From assembly GCA_016928855.1 (NCBI GenBank), contig JAFGKA010000037.1, forward strand, positions 1 through 26,405: a stretch of DNA of 26,405 nt. The letters run 5' to 3'. The DNA is from Phycisphaerae bacterium. GTDB lineage: Bacteria > Planctomycetota > Phycisphaerae > UBA1845 > PWPN01. Every line of letters begins with the position of its first letter. The stretch's first letter is position 1. Shown here one piece after another: positions 16,596 to 25,458 of the stretch. The notes under the pieces were generated by a model. That model was not told where the DNA came from, did no database searches, and was given only the letters and a program-made list of their open reading frames with translations. The position numbers and the translations under genes were made by a program.

Positions 16596-17285
16596 ATGCC
16601 GAGCGAACTGCTGGCCATCTCGACAGACATCTTTGCGTGGTACAACGCGGTCTTCGCGGGGTGCTTCGCCGTCGGTCTGTTTTTCACCGCGCTGCAGGTA
16701 CTCGGCCTGGGCCAGACGGACACGGACGTCGATGTGGATACCGACGTCGATGCCGATGCGGACGTCGATACCGACACCGACGCCGACACGGACATTCACC
16801 ACGGCCACGCCGACTCGGTGGGCGCCACACAGGCCGTCGCCCAGTTCTTCGGCCTCGGCCGGGTGCCGATCTCCGCGATTCTGATGACGCTGTTCTACAC
16901 CGTCGGCATCACCGGCTGGATGGCCGCGGCCATCCTCGCCCCGCGATATGCATCGGAGCGGTCGTTGTTCCTCACAAGCCTGGCCATCGCGCTCGTCGTG
17001 GGCCTTGTCATCATGCGGCTCGTCACCGGCCTGCTGGCCAAGTACATGCCCGCCGTGCTGACCAGCGCCCTGCGCGAGCCGCAGCTCGTCGGACTGACCG
17101 GCGAAGCCAAGCTGCCGATCAACGAACGCTTCGGCCGTGTGATGATCAAAGATCAATACGGAACGCTGCATACGGTCAACTGCAAAGTGCCACCGGGCGT
17201 GGAGCCCATCGCCAAGGGCGCCCGGATCGTGCTGACGAAATACCTCGCGACGGAACACATGTTTTATGCGTGCCGGGCGCGCTGA
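16596..17285 (+). CDS. yqiJ: YqiJ-like / NfeD-family membrane protein (DUF1449-type) with a C-terminal OB-fold. Start chosen at ATG 16596.
   Basis: RBS AGGTGA 5 nt upstream. N-terminal TM helices (IFAWYNAVFAGCFAVGLFFTALQVLGL ...). Acidic D-T/D-V repeat loop. C-terminal NfeD-like beta-barrel (GRVMIKDQYGTLHTVNCKVPPGVEPIAKGARIVLTKY). Immediately upstream of a flotillin gene, as in the E. coli yqiJK pair. Confidence 0.75.
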   Translation: MPSELLAISTDIFAWYNAVFAGCFAVGLFFTALQVLGLGQTDTDVDVDTDVDADADVDTDTDADTDIHHGHADSVGATQAVAQFFGLGRVPISAILMTLFYTVGITGWMAAAILAPRYASERSLFLTSLAIALVVGLVIMRLVTGLLAKYMPAVLTSALREPQLVGLTGEAKLPINERFGRVMIKDQYGTLHTVNCKVPPGVEPIAKGARIVLTKYLATEHMFYACRAR

Positions 17286-17303
17286 GAAAAGGAGAACACA
17301 GCC

Positions 17304-19268
17304 ATGACGAACGGAATTCTCTGGATCCTTATCGGCTTCGTGCTGATTGCCGTCGGCGCCCTCGAGGTGCCCGGCCTCCCGGCCATCAAGCCGGCGTGGT
17401 CCGTCACGCTCGCGGGCCTCGGCGGTTTCATGGTCATCATCGTCTCGCTGGCCATGGCTTACTCGCGCCTCTACCGCAAGCCAACGGCCAACCAGGCATT
17501 CGTCCGCACCGGCTCCGGGCGCGCCAAGGTCATCCTCGACGGCGGCATGTTCGTCATTCCGATCATGCACCGACTGATCGAGGTCAGTCTCGAAACGATG
17601 CGCCTCGACGTCAAACGCGTCGGCCCGGACGCCCTGATCACCAAGGACAATCTCCGCGTCGATATTGCCAGCGAGTTCTACATCCGCGTCGCGCCGACGG
17701 AGGACGACATCCTCGCCGGCGCCCGCTCGCTTGGCGACAAGAGCGTTAGTGCCGACGCCGTCAGCGAGCTGGTCTACGAGAAGCTCGTTAGCGCCCTGCG
17801 TTCGGTCGCGGCGACCAAGGAACTGCTCGAGCTGCATATCAAGCGCGACGAGTTCGCCTCGGCGGTCCAGGAGAACCTCGCCAACGACCTGCGTCAGAAC
17901 GGCCTGACACTCGAAACCGTCACGATCAGTCAGCTCGACCAGACGCCGCCGGAGAACCTCAACCCGAACAACGTCTTCGACGCCCAGGGCCTGCGCAAAA
18001 TCACCGAGATCACGCAGTCGCAGAACGTCGAACGCAACCGCATCGAACGCGACGCCGAACAGGCGATCAAGGGCAAAGACGTCAACACGCGGAAGGAAAT
18101 CCTCTCCCTGGAGCGGGATCAGGCCGAAGCGGAGGCCGAACAGGCCACCGAAGTCGCCAACATCCAGGCCGCCAAGCTCCGTGAACGCGAGCAATACGAG
18201 ATCGAGCAGCGTAAGCAGGTCGAACTGGCCGCCGTCACCAAGGATGAAACCGTCAAGAAAGCCGACATCACCAAGAACCTGACGATCCAGACGACCGATG
18301 TCGAACGCGAACGGGCCGTCGAGACCGCGAACGTCAAACGCACCCAGGCGGTCGAGGAAGCCCGCGTCGCCAAAGAACGGGCCGTCGAGGTCGCACAGCG
18401 TCAGGCGGAAATCGCCGTCGCCGAGCAAGAGGCCGCACGCGCCGCCGCCGAAACGAAAGCCAAGGCCGCCGAAGCGGAGCGCGAAGCCGAGGCTCAACGG
18501 GTCCAGACCGTCGCCGTCACCGCTGAGGCCGACCGGCTGGCCCAGAAGAAGATGATCGAAGAGAAGCAGGTCGTCGACGTCAGCAAATACCGCGAGCAAA
18601 CAGAAGCCGACGTCCGTGCCTACGAACAAGTCAAGCACGCCGAAGCGGAACTGCAAGCGGCCGACAAACAGCGGCAGGCAAGACTCGTGCTCGCCGAAGC
18701 GGACGCCAAGGCCGCGAAACTCCGCGCCGAAGGCGATCAGGCCGTCAAGATGGTCGATGTCAACGTCGATCGCGAGCGCGTGCAGGTCGAGCAGGCCCGC
18801 GTGGACGTCGAACGCCAGGAACTCGAGAACAAGCAGACCTTCAGCGAGGCCGCCCTGAAGTTCGAGGTGCAGAAGCTCGAAATCCACGCCGGAGCCGAGG
18901 TCCAGAAGGCCTTCGCCGCCGCCATCGGCGAAATGCTCAGCAAGGCCGACATGCAGATCTTCGGCGACCCGACCACGCTCTCGAACATGGCCGGCCGGTT
19001 CATGCAGGCCGCCGGCTACGGCCAGATGGTCAACGGCCTCCGAGCGACACTGCCGCAGGACGTCCAGACCGCTGCGACGCGGCTGGCCGGCGGGCTTGGC
19101 ACCACCCTCGCCGGCGCGATCCGCAAAGCCACCGGCCACGAGGTTGACGCGGCGACCATCGAAACCGTAATCAACACCGTTCTCGAAGAGAAGACGGCCC
19201 CGGCCTCAGGCAAGGATAACGGCCACGAGGACGAACCGAAGCCGCCGAAACCGAAACGCGACGCGTAG
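17304..19268 (+). CDS. yqiK: Flotillin-like SPFH/band-7 domain protein (YqiK family) with a long C-terminal coiled-coil, 654 aa.
   Basis: N-terminal TM segments (ILWILIGFVLIAVGAL; GLGGFMVIIVSLAMAY). SPFH core (AFVRTGSGRAKVILDGGMFVIPIMHRLIEVSLETMRLDV). Extended E/A/R/Q-rich heptad region typical of flotillins. 18-nt gap after the yqiJ-like gene. Confidence 0.88.
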   Translation: MTNGILWILIGFVLIAVGALEVPGLPAIKPAWSVTLAGLGGFMVIIVSLAMAYSRLYRKPTANQAFVRTGSGRAKVILDGGMFVIPIMHRLIEVSLETMRLDVKRVGPDALITKDNLRVDIASEFYIRVAPTEDDILAGARSLGDKSVSADAVSELVYEKLVSALRSVAATKELLELHIKRDEFASAVQENLANDLRQNGLTLETVTISQLDQTPPENLNPNNVFDAQGLRKITEITQSQNVERNRIERDAEQAIKGKDVNTRKEILSLERDQAEAEAEQATEVANIQAAKLREREQYEIEQRKQVELAAVTKDETVKKADITKNLTIQTTDVERERAVETANVKRTQAVEEARVAKERAVEVAQRQAEIAVAEQEAARAAAETKAKAAEAEREAEAQRVQTVAVTAEADRLAQKKMIEEKQVVDVSKYREQTEADVRAYEQVKHAEAELQAADKQRQARLVLAEADAKAAKLRAEGDQAVKMVDVNVDRERVQVEQARVDVERQELENKQTFSEAALKFEVQKLEIHAGAEVQKAFAAAIGEMLSKADMQIFGDPTTLSNMAGRFMQAAGYGQMVNGLRATLPQDVQTAATRLAGGLGTTLAGAIRKATGHEVDAATIETVINTVLEEKTAPASGKDNGHEDEPKPPKPKRDA

Positions 19269-19494
19269 TCGCGATCGTTTCCGTTCGGGACCGATGCAAA
19301 GGGCGACCGGCAGCCTGAACGGAACGCTGTCCGACGGGCGAGTGAAACGCCCGATCGACGATAGCGCGCGCAGCCCCGGGCCGAATCATCTCGCACGGGC
19401 GCAACCCGCCTCCGACCCGTTGGCGGGCGGCGAGATGCAGTGGCAACGGGGTCTGCGCGTGCGCACACCAAGCCCCCAACCGGTCAACGCAAGG

Positions 19495-19534
19495 CGAATG
19501 ATACAGAAACCCGCGCGATGACTCACGGCGCGGG
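19495..19534 (-). terminator. Candidate intrinsic terminator for the TPR gene: GC stem (cccgcgc / gcgcggg, 11-nt loop) overlapping the stop codon, followed on the minus strand by a U-rich tract (gtttctgtatcattcg).
   Basis: Stem 19510-19516 / 19528-19534. Minus-strand downstream sequence is T-rich (plus-strand a-rich 19495-19509). Confidence 0.35.
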
Positions 19535-20725
19535 CTGCGTGGTGATGGGACCAATCTGCTCCAGCAGGCTCCGGGCACCCGCATGGTTCGCGTCGAGCGC
19601 GAGGATCTTCTTGCACGTCGCCGCCGCGTCCGCCCGCTTGTACACCTGGAACTGAAGCGTCGCCAGTTCGATCAGAATAGCGGGGTCCTTCTCTGCGTAT
19701 CGCGCTGCATCGGTCATGACCCTCAACGCCTCATGCAACGTGGCCGTCTGCTGAATCGACGCCGCCTCCGTAATGGACCGAGCGAGTTCGAGCAAGAGAT
19801 TCGCATTCTCGGGCTCCCCGGCCAGCCTCGCCTGCAGCACGGCCTGCAAAGACTTGTGCAGCTCGCTGATGTTCTCCAGAAGCTCGGCATCACCCGGCGT
19901 CGCCCGCAACTGGCTTCGCGCCATGTTCAGACCTTCACGGACAGCCTGTTCTGCATCATTGGGCTTGTTCAGCGACAGCAAAATCGAGGCCCGGGTCCGA
20001 TAGTATTCGGCGTTCTCCGGGTCGAGCTGGATGGCACGATCCGCACACCCGCTGGCCTCATCGAGCCGGCCGATGCCCTGCAGGGCAACCGCCAGCATCC
20101 CCTGAATCTCCGCATCCTGCGGATTCAGTTGCTCGGCCTTGCGCAGCATGCTCACCGCCTGGCGGGGATACCGGCCTTTCGCGTAGAGTCGCCCGAGGGC
20201 CAGGTACGCCCGATCCCGCTTCTCCATGTCGCCGGTCTTGAGATACCGCTGATACGCTTCAATCGCCTGCACGTTCCGTCCGGTCTCCGCCAACACTCGG
20301 CCCTGGCCGGCCAGCGCCTCGGCGTTGTTCGGATCAATCGTGAGGACCTGCTCGACCAACTGTTCCGCCATGGCGAAGTACTCGAGGTCGATCGCCTTGT
20401 CCGCGGCCTGCATGAAGAACCGCATCGCGTCGACCGGTGCCTGCTGCGCCAGCTTGACTTGCCCCATGCCCGCCAACGCGAAGACGTTGCCGGGATCCTT
20501 CTGCATCGCCCGCTGGAAATGTTCGGCGGCCTCATCCGGCTTGTTGTTCGCCATCGCCTCGCGCGCGGCCGCGAGCATGTCATCCACGGCCTCTTCCGCG
20601 GGCTGCGTGGCCGCCACCGGCGGCTCCTGCGCTCGAACGGATTGGACGGCCACCGCGCCGATGCATGCGGGAATCATCGCTCCGACACAGCACTTGAACC
20701 ATGACGTCCTCTGTAATGCGATCAT
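19523..20725 (-). CDS. Secreted tetratricopeptide-repeat (TPR) protein, 400 aa.
   Basis: Signal peptide MIALQRTSWFKCCVGAMIPACIGAVAVQSVRAQE. RBS GGAGGT 8 nt upstream of ATG 20725. Multiple 34-residue A/L/Y/G-pattern repeats (AYLALGRLYAKGRYPRQAVSMLRKAEQLNPQDAE etc.). Confidence 0.85.
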   Translation of the reverse strand: MIALQRTSWFKCCVGAMIPACIGAVAVQSVRAQEPPVAATQPAEEAVDDMLAAAREAMANNKPDEAAEHFQRAMQKDPGNVFALAGMGQVKLAQQAPVDAMRFFMQAADKAIDLEYFAMAEQLVEQVLTIDPNNAEALAGQGRVLAETGRNVQAIEAYQRYLKTGDMEKRDRAYLALGRLYAKGRYPRQAVSMLRKAEQLNPQDAEIQGMLAVALQGIGRLDEASGCADRAIQLDPENAEYYRTRASILLSLNKPNDAEQAVREGLNMARSQLRATPGDAELLENISELHKSLQAVLQARLAGEPENANLLLELARSITEAASIQQTATLHEALRVMTDAARYAEKDPAILIELATLQFQVYKRADAAATCKKILALDANHAGARSLLEQIGPITTQPAP

Positions 20726-21020
20726 TCGGAATGACCTCCGTGTTGCTCTCCGCGGCCGATCTCGATGCTCACAACGCGAAAATGCTGAATTGGACTATAG
20801 AATCCGCCTCAAGGCCGGTCAAGCGCAACGTTTGCCAGATGACACCCCTAACGATCCATGCCCGCGCGATGCATACTCCGACGCACACAATACAAAAGAT
20901 CGAAGCACCCGCCGTCGGATTCGCGGACACCCGATCGGACACGCGCACGGGGCCGTTGCGGCCGATCCCAACGCTCGAGCCCCACCCAACGCCCGCGACG
21001 ATACCGTCACCAGCAGCACA

Positions 21021-21117
21021 CCAGTGCCGTTTTCGTTTGGTGACTTTCGCTGGTCCAGTGGGTGCCACTGGTCCCGACGGACGTCGGGACCCGCCAGTGC
21101 TCTGCTGAAAACGGCAC
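21021..21117. promoter_or_regulatory. Nested inverted repeats upstream of the propeller-deacetylase gene. An outer 11-bp stem (gtgccgttttc / gaaaacggcac) encloses two adjacent, overlapping hairpins (ccagtgg-gtg-ccactgg; gtcccgacg-ga-cgtcgggac).
   Basis: Exact reverse-complement pairs: 21024-21034 with 21107-21117; 21055-21061 with 21065-21071; 21071-21079 with 21082-21090. Shares the 12-mer gggtgccactgg and the 10-mer cccgccagtg with the 9685-9713 hairpin region. Confidence 0.45.
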
Positions 21118-21182
21118 ACGGCTGACAGGAAACGAAACTGGCCAACCGAAAGCGGCGCTAGGCAGCGGAAGCGGCGGCGCCG

Positions 21183-21188
21183 TATAAT
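21183..21188 (+). promoter_or_regulatory. Perfect TATAAT -10-like hexamer about 107 nt upstream of the 21295 start codon.
   Basis: cgTATAATgc within the divergent intergenic region. No convincing TTGACA-like -35 at 16-18 bp. The downstream start has a strong GGAGG RBS. Confidence 0.3.
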
Positions 21189-21294
21189 GCCCCTCCGCCA
21201 CCCGGCGGCGTAGCCGGACCATGGCTCCTCAAGAATCTCGACAGAGACATCACACCCAAGACCCACCCTCCTACCCTCAAGACTGGAGGCAACG

Positions 21295-24126
21295 ATGAGC
21301 AAGGTTGTATCCATCCTTCTGCTGCTGAACTCCTCTGTGCTGGCCAACCCATTCTGGATGCATACCTCGCCGGACAATCCGGCGCTGTGCCTGAGCGTTC
21401 TCCCGAATGCCACAACGGAGAACCAACCTGAACTGGTGGCGGGTTTCGATTCGGGAGCCATCATCGCCTTTGACGGTGGCGCGGCCAGCGCGCCTCACGT
21501 GGCCTGGACCAGCAAGCTCGACGGATCCATTCTCGCAATCCGTCCCATCGCCGACATCAACGCGGACGGCTTCCCGGATGTGGTCGCATCGACAGACCGA
21601 GGCCACGTGGCCTGCATCAGCGCCGGCAGCGATTCGGCCGGAAAGATCCTGTGGGACGCCAAGGTCGCCTTCAACATCTCCGAACTGGTGGTTCTGACCG
21701 ATACCGATGGTGACGGGGTCAGCGACGTGGCCTTTGGCGGCGCCGACCATCGCGTCACACTGCTCAGCGGAGCGACCGGCAAGCAGCGCTGGTCGCGCCT
21801 CCTCGACGCAGGCGGCGACTACACGTACGTGGACTGCATTACCAATGCGGGCGATCTGAACGGCGACGGGGTCAACGATCTCTTCGTGCGCACATGGATG
21901 GCACACCGCTGGGCCCTCAGTGGCGTCGATGGCGCCGACCTCTGGGAGCCCCGCCCTGGCAGCCCCTTTCTTTCCACGCTGGCCACCGCCGCGGACATCA
22001 ACGAAGACGGCGCTCACGAAATGCTCATGAGCGGCAATGACGGCAATCTGCTCCTCTGCAACGGAAAAGATGGCGAGGAAATCTGGCGGTGCGCCCTCGG
22101 CCGACCGATCCGGGCTATCACAACCTCGAACGACGCGGCCGGGACCGGCCCATTCGTGTGCTTCGCGGGAACCGCGGAAGGCAAGGTCGCCTGTGTGACC
22201 GGCACAACTCGCGAGACCATGAAGACCCGCTGGACCGCCACAATCGACGACGTCTGCCGCAAGATCGTGATCCTGGGCGATATCGATGACGACGGAACGC
22301 CGGACGTCGTGGCCGGCGCGGAAAATGGCGTCGTCGCCGCCTTCTCGGGCGCCAATGGCAAGCGGCTCTGGCAATGGCAAGGCGCCGACGTGGTGCGCAC
22401 ACTGGCGCGCGTGGCCGACCGTGATGCGGATGGCGTGGCCGATCTCGCCGTCGCGCTGCTCGACGGCACGTTGGCCCTGCTGCCCGGACGGCCGGCAAAG
22501 ACGATGGCGGCGCAGGCGCCGTCCATGGCTGCCGCACCCGCCGCGAGACCGCCGCTGAAACGCACGTCCGCGCCGCCCTCGCCCGAACCCGTAACCGAAG
22601 TCCCCATTTTGCTCTACCATGACATCCCCCCCAAAGGACCGCGCCCGGGCGATGCGGATCCGCTCGTCCACTTCCGCGAACAGATGGACCTCCTCGTGGC
22701 CGACGGCTACACCGCCGTCTCGCTGGACGAAATTGCCGAATGGGTCGAAGGCAAACGCGAACTGCCCGCCAAACCGGTCTGCATCACATTCGATGGCCAA
22801 TACGCGTCACACGACACACATGTGCTCGACATCCTCCGGGAGCGCGGCCTCTTCGCAATCTCCTACATCACGACGGACTGGATCGGCACCGCTAATCACT
22901 GCGATTGGCATGAACTGCGCCGGCAGGAACGCTCCGGCGTCCTGCTGATCGAGAACCACACCATCAACCACCCCTCCCTGACCACTGTCAGCCGGGATGA
23001 AGTCGTCCGGCAGGTGGCCCTCTGCAACGAAGCGATCACTCGACATCTCCAGGGCAAGATCTCGAAACACCACACGTATCCGAACGGCGCCGTCAATCTC
23101 AGCGTGCGCGATGTCATGCCGGAAGTGGGATTCCGCACCGCCACTACGGTTCAACACCGCAAGGCAACGCGGAGTGACAGCCTGTTCACGCTCCCCCGGT
23201 ACACGATCGCGGAACAGATGAACCTCAACACGTTCAAGGCCGTCATCGGCTACACGCCGCTGCCGTATCCCGCGCTGCCCTACACATTCAAAGGATGCGT
23301 CGGCGACGACTGGCGCCAGCCGAGCTACGGCCAACTCGACGCCGAGGGCAGGCTGTGGGTCTGTGACATATCCGCCAACCATGTCCGCGTCTTCCGGCCC
23401 GACGGGCGCGAGGCCCCCTTCTCCCCGATCGAACACGGCATGAATCAGAAGGACGAACGGCTACCCATCCGAACGCCCTCGGGCATCGCACTGACGCCGG
23501 ACGGCGAGATGCTCGTCAGCGTCTCGAGCCGTTCCGGCGCACGATACGACGGCCTCTTTCGATATCGCGCCTCGGACGCCACGCCTCTCGCCGGCATCGA
23601 CCTGCCCTATTACCCTGGCGAAGCTGACACTGACGCAAAGGGATTGATCTACGTCGTGGAAAAGCTGACGGGCCTGTGGCATGTCTACACACCCGAGGGC
23701 CAGGAGATCCCCGGCAGCCCCTTCGGCAAGGACAGCGGCCTGAACATATGTCGCGGCATCAGCGTGACGCCCAACGGAGCCATGGTCTATGTGCTCAGCG
23801 AAACGTCGGCCAACGTAAGCCTATGGAAGGGCAACGCCACCCCAATGGCTGCCCGCTATGAACACGCGGGGGTTCTGGTCGAGAAACTCAGCAGCGAATG
23901 CGGCAGTGTGGACGTCATGGACGACGGAACCATCCTCGTCAGCTACAGCGACGAAGGCATGATCGTAGCCTTTGATGCCCAACACCGGCTCCTTGGCCAG
24001 ATCAGCGGTGGGACCGTTCCGTCTCTGAGCACACCCCGCGGAACCGCCTTCACGCCGGACGGCGACACCCTCTGGATCATCAGTCGTCTTGGCCAGGTCC
24101 AGCGATGGAAGAAAACAGCGCCTTGA
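21295..24126 (+). CDS. Secreted tri-domain protein, 943 aa: an N-terminal FG-GAP-repeat beta-propeller, a central NodB-homology (CE4) polysaccharide deacetylase domain, and a C-terminal NHL/SMP30-like beta-propeller.
   Basis: Signal peptide MSKVVSILLLLNSSVLANPF. RBS GGAGG 6 nt upstream. Six to seven FG-GAP Ca-binding loops (DINADGFPDVV, DTDGDGVSDVAFG, DLNGDGVNDLFV, DINEDGAHEML, DIDDDGTPDVVAG, DRDADGVADLAV). CE4 motifs ILLYHDI, CITFDGQY (TFDDG variant) and ENHTINHPSL (H-T-x-x-H). C-terminal repeated blades (SGIALTPDGEMLV, CRGISVTPNGAMVYV, GTAFTPDGDTLWI). Confidence 0.88.
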   Translation: MSKVVSILLLLNSSVLANPFWMHTSPDNPALCLSVLPNATTENQPELVAGFDSGAIIAFDGGAASAPHVAWTSKLDGSILAIRPIADINADGFPDVVASTDRGHVACISAGSDSAGKILWDAKVAFNISELVVLTDTDGDGVSDVAFGGADHRVTLLSGATGKQRWSRLLDAGGDYTYVDCITNAGDLNGDGVNDLFVRTWMAHRWALSGVDGADLWEPRPGSPFLSTLATAADINEDGAHEMLMSGNDGNLLLCNGKDGEEIWRCALGRPIRAITTSNDAAGTGPFVCFAGTAEGKVACVTGTTRETMKTRWTATIDDVCRKIVILGDIDDDGTPDVVAGAENGVVAAFSGANGKRLWQWQGADVVRTLARVADRDADGVADLAVALLDGTLALLPGRPAKTMAAQAPSMAAAPAARPPLKRTSAPPSPEPVTEVPILLYHDIPPKGPRPGDADPLVHFREQMDLLVADGYTAVSLDEIAEWVEGKRELPAKPVCITFDGQYASHDTHVLDILRERGLFAISYITTDWIGTANHCDWHELRRQERSGVLLIENHTINHPSLTTVSRDEVVRQVALCNEAITRHLQGKISKHHTYPNGAVNLSVRDVMPEVGFRTATTVQHRKATRSDSLFTLPRYTIAEQMNLNTFKAVIGYTPLPYPALPYTFKGCVGDDWRQPSYGQLDAEGRLWVCDISANHVRVFRPDGREAPFSPIEHGMNQKDERLPIRTPSGIALTPDGEMLVSVSSRSGARYDGLFRYRASDATPLAGIDLPYYPGEADTDAKGLIYVVEKLTGLWHVYTPEGQEIPGSPFGKDSGLNICRGISVTPNGAMVYVLSETSANVSLWKGNATPMAARYEHAGVLVEKLSSECGSVDVMDDGTILVSYSDEGMIVAFDAQHRLLGQISGGTVPSLSTPRGTAFTPDGDTLWIISRLGQVQRWKKTAP

Positions 24127-24153
24127 GCGGAAACTCCGCCTGGTTCATCCGCT

Positions 24154-25281
24154 TTATATGATGCCTTCGGTGAACATCGTGGGGCCGGTTGGCGCCGTAG
24201 GCGGACCGCACGAGCCGCGATCCACGACGGAACCCGGCACGACGATCATCTGTGGTCGTCGATCGGCCGGGTTGCGGTTCAGCAGTTCCAGCGCCCAGCC
24301 GATCACCTTGGAATCGTCGATATCGTAGCTGGTCAGCCCCAGCCGGTCCGCCATCGTCTCCCCCGACCCCGTCACGACGGCAAGGCTGAGGTCACGCGGG
24401 ATGTGCCGTTCCGTGCGGCTGGCCTCCTGACGCGCCGCCTGTGCCATCGCCGCCCCCACGCACAACAGCGCCCGGGGCGCCCCCCGGCCGCCGAAGAATG
24501 ACGGATCGGCCGACACCGGATTAGCGCTCACCGCCCGCCGCGGCGACAGGCCGTGCCGGCGCATCGCCGCCAGATACCCGAGTTCCGCCACCGCACCGCA
24601 GGGCATCAGCGCCGAATCGACCAGCAATTGCACATCGCGATGCCCCAGGGCAATCAGATGCTCGCACAGGTGAAACGTGCCCGCGGCGTAATCGCCGACA
24701 ACACAGTTGGCCTGAACATGATCGCTCTGAATATTGACCAGCACCAGGTGCATATGCCGACGCAACAGGTCGGCCAGCAATGCCCGCGTCGGCCGCGCGC
24801 CAACAATCGCCACCCCGTCGATCTCCCGCAGCTCGGCCGGCGAGAGCGCCTGCTCCGGCATCCGCCCGTCGAGGTCCGCCTGAACGCAATGGAACACAAG
24901 CTCGTGCCCCTGCGCGGCGGCAACACGGCGTGCACACTCGAATCGCGCCTGTTGGAACGCGCGGCTGCGGTCGAACAGAGTCACCCACGCGAACCGCTTC
25001 GCACGCAGAGAGGGTGCGGGCTCGTCCTCCGATGCGACCACGAACGTGCCACGACCGATATGGCGGACAACCACACCCTCTGTCGTCAGATCGCTCAGTG
25101 CCTTATTGATGGTCTTCGCGTTGACTTGAAACCGCCGGGCCAGCGCTCGTTCCCCGGGCAGCTTGCCCGACAACTCGCCCGAATCGATCGCCCGCCGAAT
25201 CCGTTCCCGTAGCCGCTGAAACTTGTAGCTCAACGGGCCGTCTTCTTCTTTCCTGCCTTCGCGTTCGGCCTGTGAATCCAT
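24154..25281 (-). CDS. GntR-family transcriptional regulator with a C-terminal periplasmic-binding-protein-like (LacI-type sugar-binding) domain. Start chosen at ATG 25281; the track ORF starts at 25317.
   Basis: GntR winged-helix YKFQRLRERIRRAIDSGELSGKLPGERALARRFQVNAKTINKALSDLTTEGVVVRHIGRGTFV. PBP-like C-terminal domain. GAGGGA 11 nt upstream of ATG 25281. Confidence 0.85.
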   Translation of the reverse strand: MDSQAEREGRKEEDGPLSYKFQRLRERIRRAIDSGELSGKLPGERALARRFQVNAKTINKALSDLTTEGVVVRHIGRGTFVVASEDEPAPSLRAKRFAWVTLFDRSRAFQQARFECARRVAAAQGHELVFHCVQADLDGRMPEQALSPAELREIDGVAIVGARPTRALLADLLRRHMHLVLVNIQSDHVQANCVVGDYAAGTFHLCEHLIALGHRDVQLLVDSALMPCGAVAELGYLAAMRRHGLSPRRAVSANPVSADPSFFGGRGAPRALLCVGAAMAQAARQEASRTERHIPRDLSLAVVTGSGETMADRLGLTSYDIDDSKVIGWALELLNRNPADRRPQMIVVPGSVVDRGSCGPPTAPTGPTMFTEGII

Positions 25282-25430
25282 ACCCGTTGCAGTCCCTCGC
25301 TCGTATGAACACAACATCGAATGCGAGCAAGCAACTCAAGGTGCCGGTCGGTGCGATCCCGCCCGAGAGCAGCCCCCCCCCACACACCCGAATGACGAAC
25401 AGCCTCGCCATCCCGTCGAAGCAGGATGTT

Positions 25431-25458
25431 ATTATCAGGAAAGGAATCGCGAAGTCAA
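25431..25458 (-). promoter_or_regulatory. Candidate sigma70-like promoter for the GntR-type regulator gene: -35 TTGACT, 16-17-bp spacer, -10 (T)GATAAT, read on the minus strand.
   Basis: Plus strand agtcaa at 25453-25458 and attatc at 25431-25436, in an AT-rich island (ggatgttattatcaggaaaggaatcgcgaagtcaatagaaaaatc) about 145 nt upstream of the ATG. Confidence 0.35.

Noticed and set aside
16437-19139. 900-aa ORF on the minus strand opposite the flotillin gene.
   Set aside because: It is antisense to a clearly recognisable SPFH/flotillin gene. Its sequence is the low-complexity reverse read of the E/A-rich coiled-coil (L/D/G/E repeats), with no domain motifs. High-GC genomes generate long stop-free antisense frames.
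21058-21069. GCCACTG core resembling the cobalamin-riboswitch B12-box core inside the palindromic regions (also at 9686-9696).
   Set aside because: Only the short core is present. I could not find the accompanying GGTG...AA..TCC and GGGAAG elements or the AGYCMGGAGACCKGCC box. The downstream gene has no B12-related function. A covariance-model scan would be needed to overturn this.
24127-24153. Tiny hairpin gcgga-aac-tccgc in the 27-nt gap between the convergent propeller-deacetylase and GntR-type regulator genes.
   Set aside because: A 5-bp stem with a 3-nt loop is too weak to call a bidirectional terminator with any confidence.
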